A stretch of 64,000 nucleotides of DNA from Methanobacteriota archaeon (lineage in GTDB: Archaea; Thermoplasmatota; Thermoplasmata; RBG-16-68-12), in the NCBI GenBank assembly GCA_947084985.1, contig CAMTUI010000026.1, forward strand, positions 508-64,507, read 5' to 3'. A program made the translations under genes and the position numbers. Under the pieces are notes generated by a model. It saw only the letters and a program-made list of their open reading frames with translations, was not told where the DNA came from and searched no databases. This document shows positions 63,112 through 64,000 of the stretch, in pieces. Each line of letters opens with the position of its first letter. Position 1 is the first letter of the stretch.

Positions 63112-63993
63112 ATGGAGTTAAACGTCTACGTGAACGGCAAGTTTTACCCGCAATCCGAGGCGAAGGTCAACGTCTTCGACCATGGCCTCCTGTACGGAGA
63201 CGGGATCTTCGAGGGAATCCGCGCCTACAACGGTCGGGTCTTCAAGCTCGAACGCCACCTGGACCGTCTCTACGCATCCGCGAAAGCGATCGACCTCAAG
63301 ATCCCTCACCGGCGGGAGGACCTGATGGAGATCATCCTCGAGACGTGCCGGCGAAACAAGATCCAGGATGGATATATCCGCCCGATCATCACCCGAGGCC
63401 CGGGGGACCTCGGAATCGACCCGCGAAAGTGCAAATCTGGGCCAACGGTCGTCGTGATCGCGCAGCCGACGATCTCCCTCTATCGCGGCGATGTCTATGA
63501 ACGAGGGCTTCGCGTCGTCACGTCGTCGTACCGTCGCGTCCCGCCGCAGAGCCTGAGTCCGTCGATCAAGTCCCTGAACTACCTCAACAACATCATGGCC
63601 CGCGTCGAGGCGAACCAGTACGGAGCCGACGAAGCCCTGATGCTCGACATCCAAGGCTATGTGGCCGAGGCGAGCGCGGACAACTTCTTCATTGCACGCG
63701 ACTCGACGATTCTGACCCCGTGGACGTCCACGAACCTTCCTGGCGTGACGCGGGAAACGGTGATGGAGATTGCGGCGCAGATTGGCGTCACGGCGAAGGA
63801 GCGCCCCTTCACCCTCTACGATGTCTGGGCGGCGGACGAAGCGTTCATCACGGGCACGGCAGCGGAGATCGGGCCGGTTGTCGAGGTCGATGGACGGCCG
63901 ATCGGGGACGGCAGACCCGGCAAGATCACGAAGAAGCTCATGAAGGCCTTCCGGGACTTGGTCACAAGCACGGGCACGCCGATCTACGTGTGA
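63112..63993 (+). CDS. ilvE: Branched-chain amino acid aminotransferase (fold type IV)
   Basis: Contains 'VNVFDHGLLYGDGIFEGIRAYNGRVF' and 'SIKSLNYLNNI'. Confidence 0.9.
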   Translation: MELNVYVNGKFYPQSEAKVNVFDHGLLYGDGIFEGIRAYNGRVFKLERHLDRLYASAKAIDLKIPHRREDLMEIILETCRRNKIQDGYIRPIITRGPGDLGIDPRKCKSGPTVVVIAQPTISLYRGDVYERGLRVVTSSYRRVPPQSLSPSIKSLNYLNNIMARVEANQYGADEALMLDIQGYVAEASADNFFIARDSTILTPWTSTNLPGVTRETVMEIAAQIGVTAKERPFTLYDVWAADEAFITGTAAEIGPVVEVDGRPIGDGRPGKITKKLMKAFRDLVTSTGTPIYV

Positions 63994-64000
63994 GCGCCCG

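Overview
This is a 64-kb, high-GC chromosomal segment (about 60-65% G+C by eye) holding roughly 70 tightly packed protein genes on both strands. Gene content marks it as archaeal: Dph2, archease, GatD/GatE, RPA, ADP-forming acetyl-CoA synthetase, a zinc-type ferredoxin and single-domain KaiC/RadA-like ATPases. A Thermoplasmatota-like host is only a guess. Many internal genes are preceded by GGAGG-type Shine-Dalgarno motifs, and intergenic regions carry short AT-rich TATA-like boxes. I recognised no rRNA, tRNA or CRISPR array. Most of the window is housekeeping (queuosine/archaeosine precursor genes, mevalonate pathway, M16 peptidases, acyl-CoA metabolism, purC, ilvE, iron uptake with a DtxR regulator). 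Two regions stand out. (1) At 8.8-11.8 kb on the minus strand there is a bacterial-style pupylation-like operon. It consists of an Mpa/ARC-type AAA ATPase, then 3 nt later a PafA/Dop-family ligase, then, overlapping by 17 nt, a 58-codon Pup/UBact-like ORF that is too short for the supplied ORF track. That ORF's 'FKAQKGE' motif is followed by a 6-residue tail. The operon sits beside a lower-GC island carrying a free-standing double-motif LAGLIDADG homing endonuclease. (2) At 20.9-31.6 kb there are three consecutive paralogous genes encoding 228, 467 and 2772 aa. All share an alpha/beta domain of about 90 aa followed by coiled coil. The 2772-aa member is a single-pass membrane protein with an ectodomain of about 1310 aa (DNRLRE, ConA-like, Ig-like and cadherin-like modules) and a cytoplasmic coiled coil of about 1317 aa. 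Other observations are two decayed genes (an SDR and a Cys/Met PLP enzyme), operator-like palindromes, membrane-tethered RanBP2-type zinc knuckles, and a KaiC-like pair with one degenerate Walker A. All translations of unlisted ORFs and all coordinates of small motifs were done by hand from the sequence. No database search was possible.
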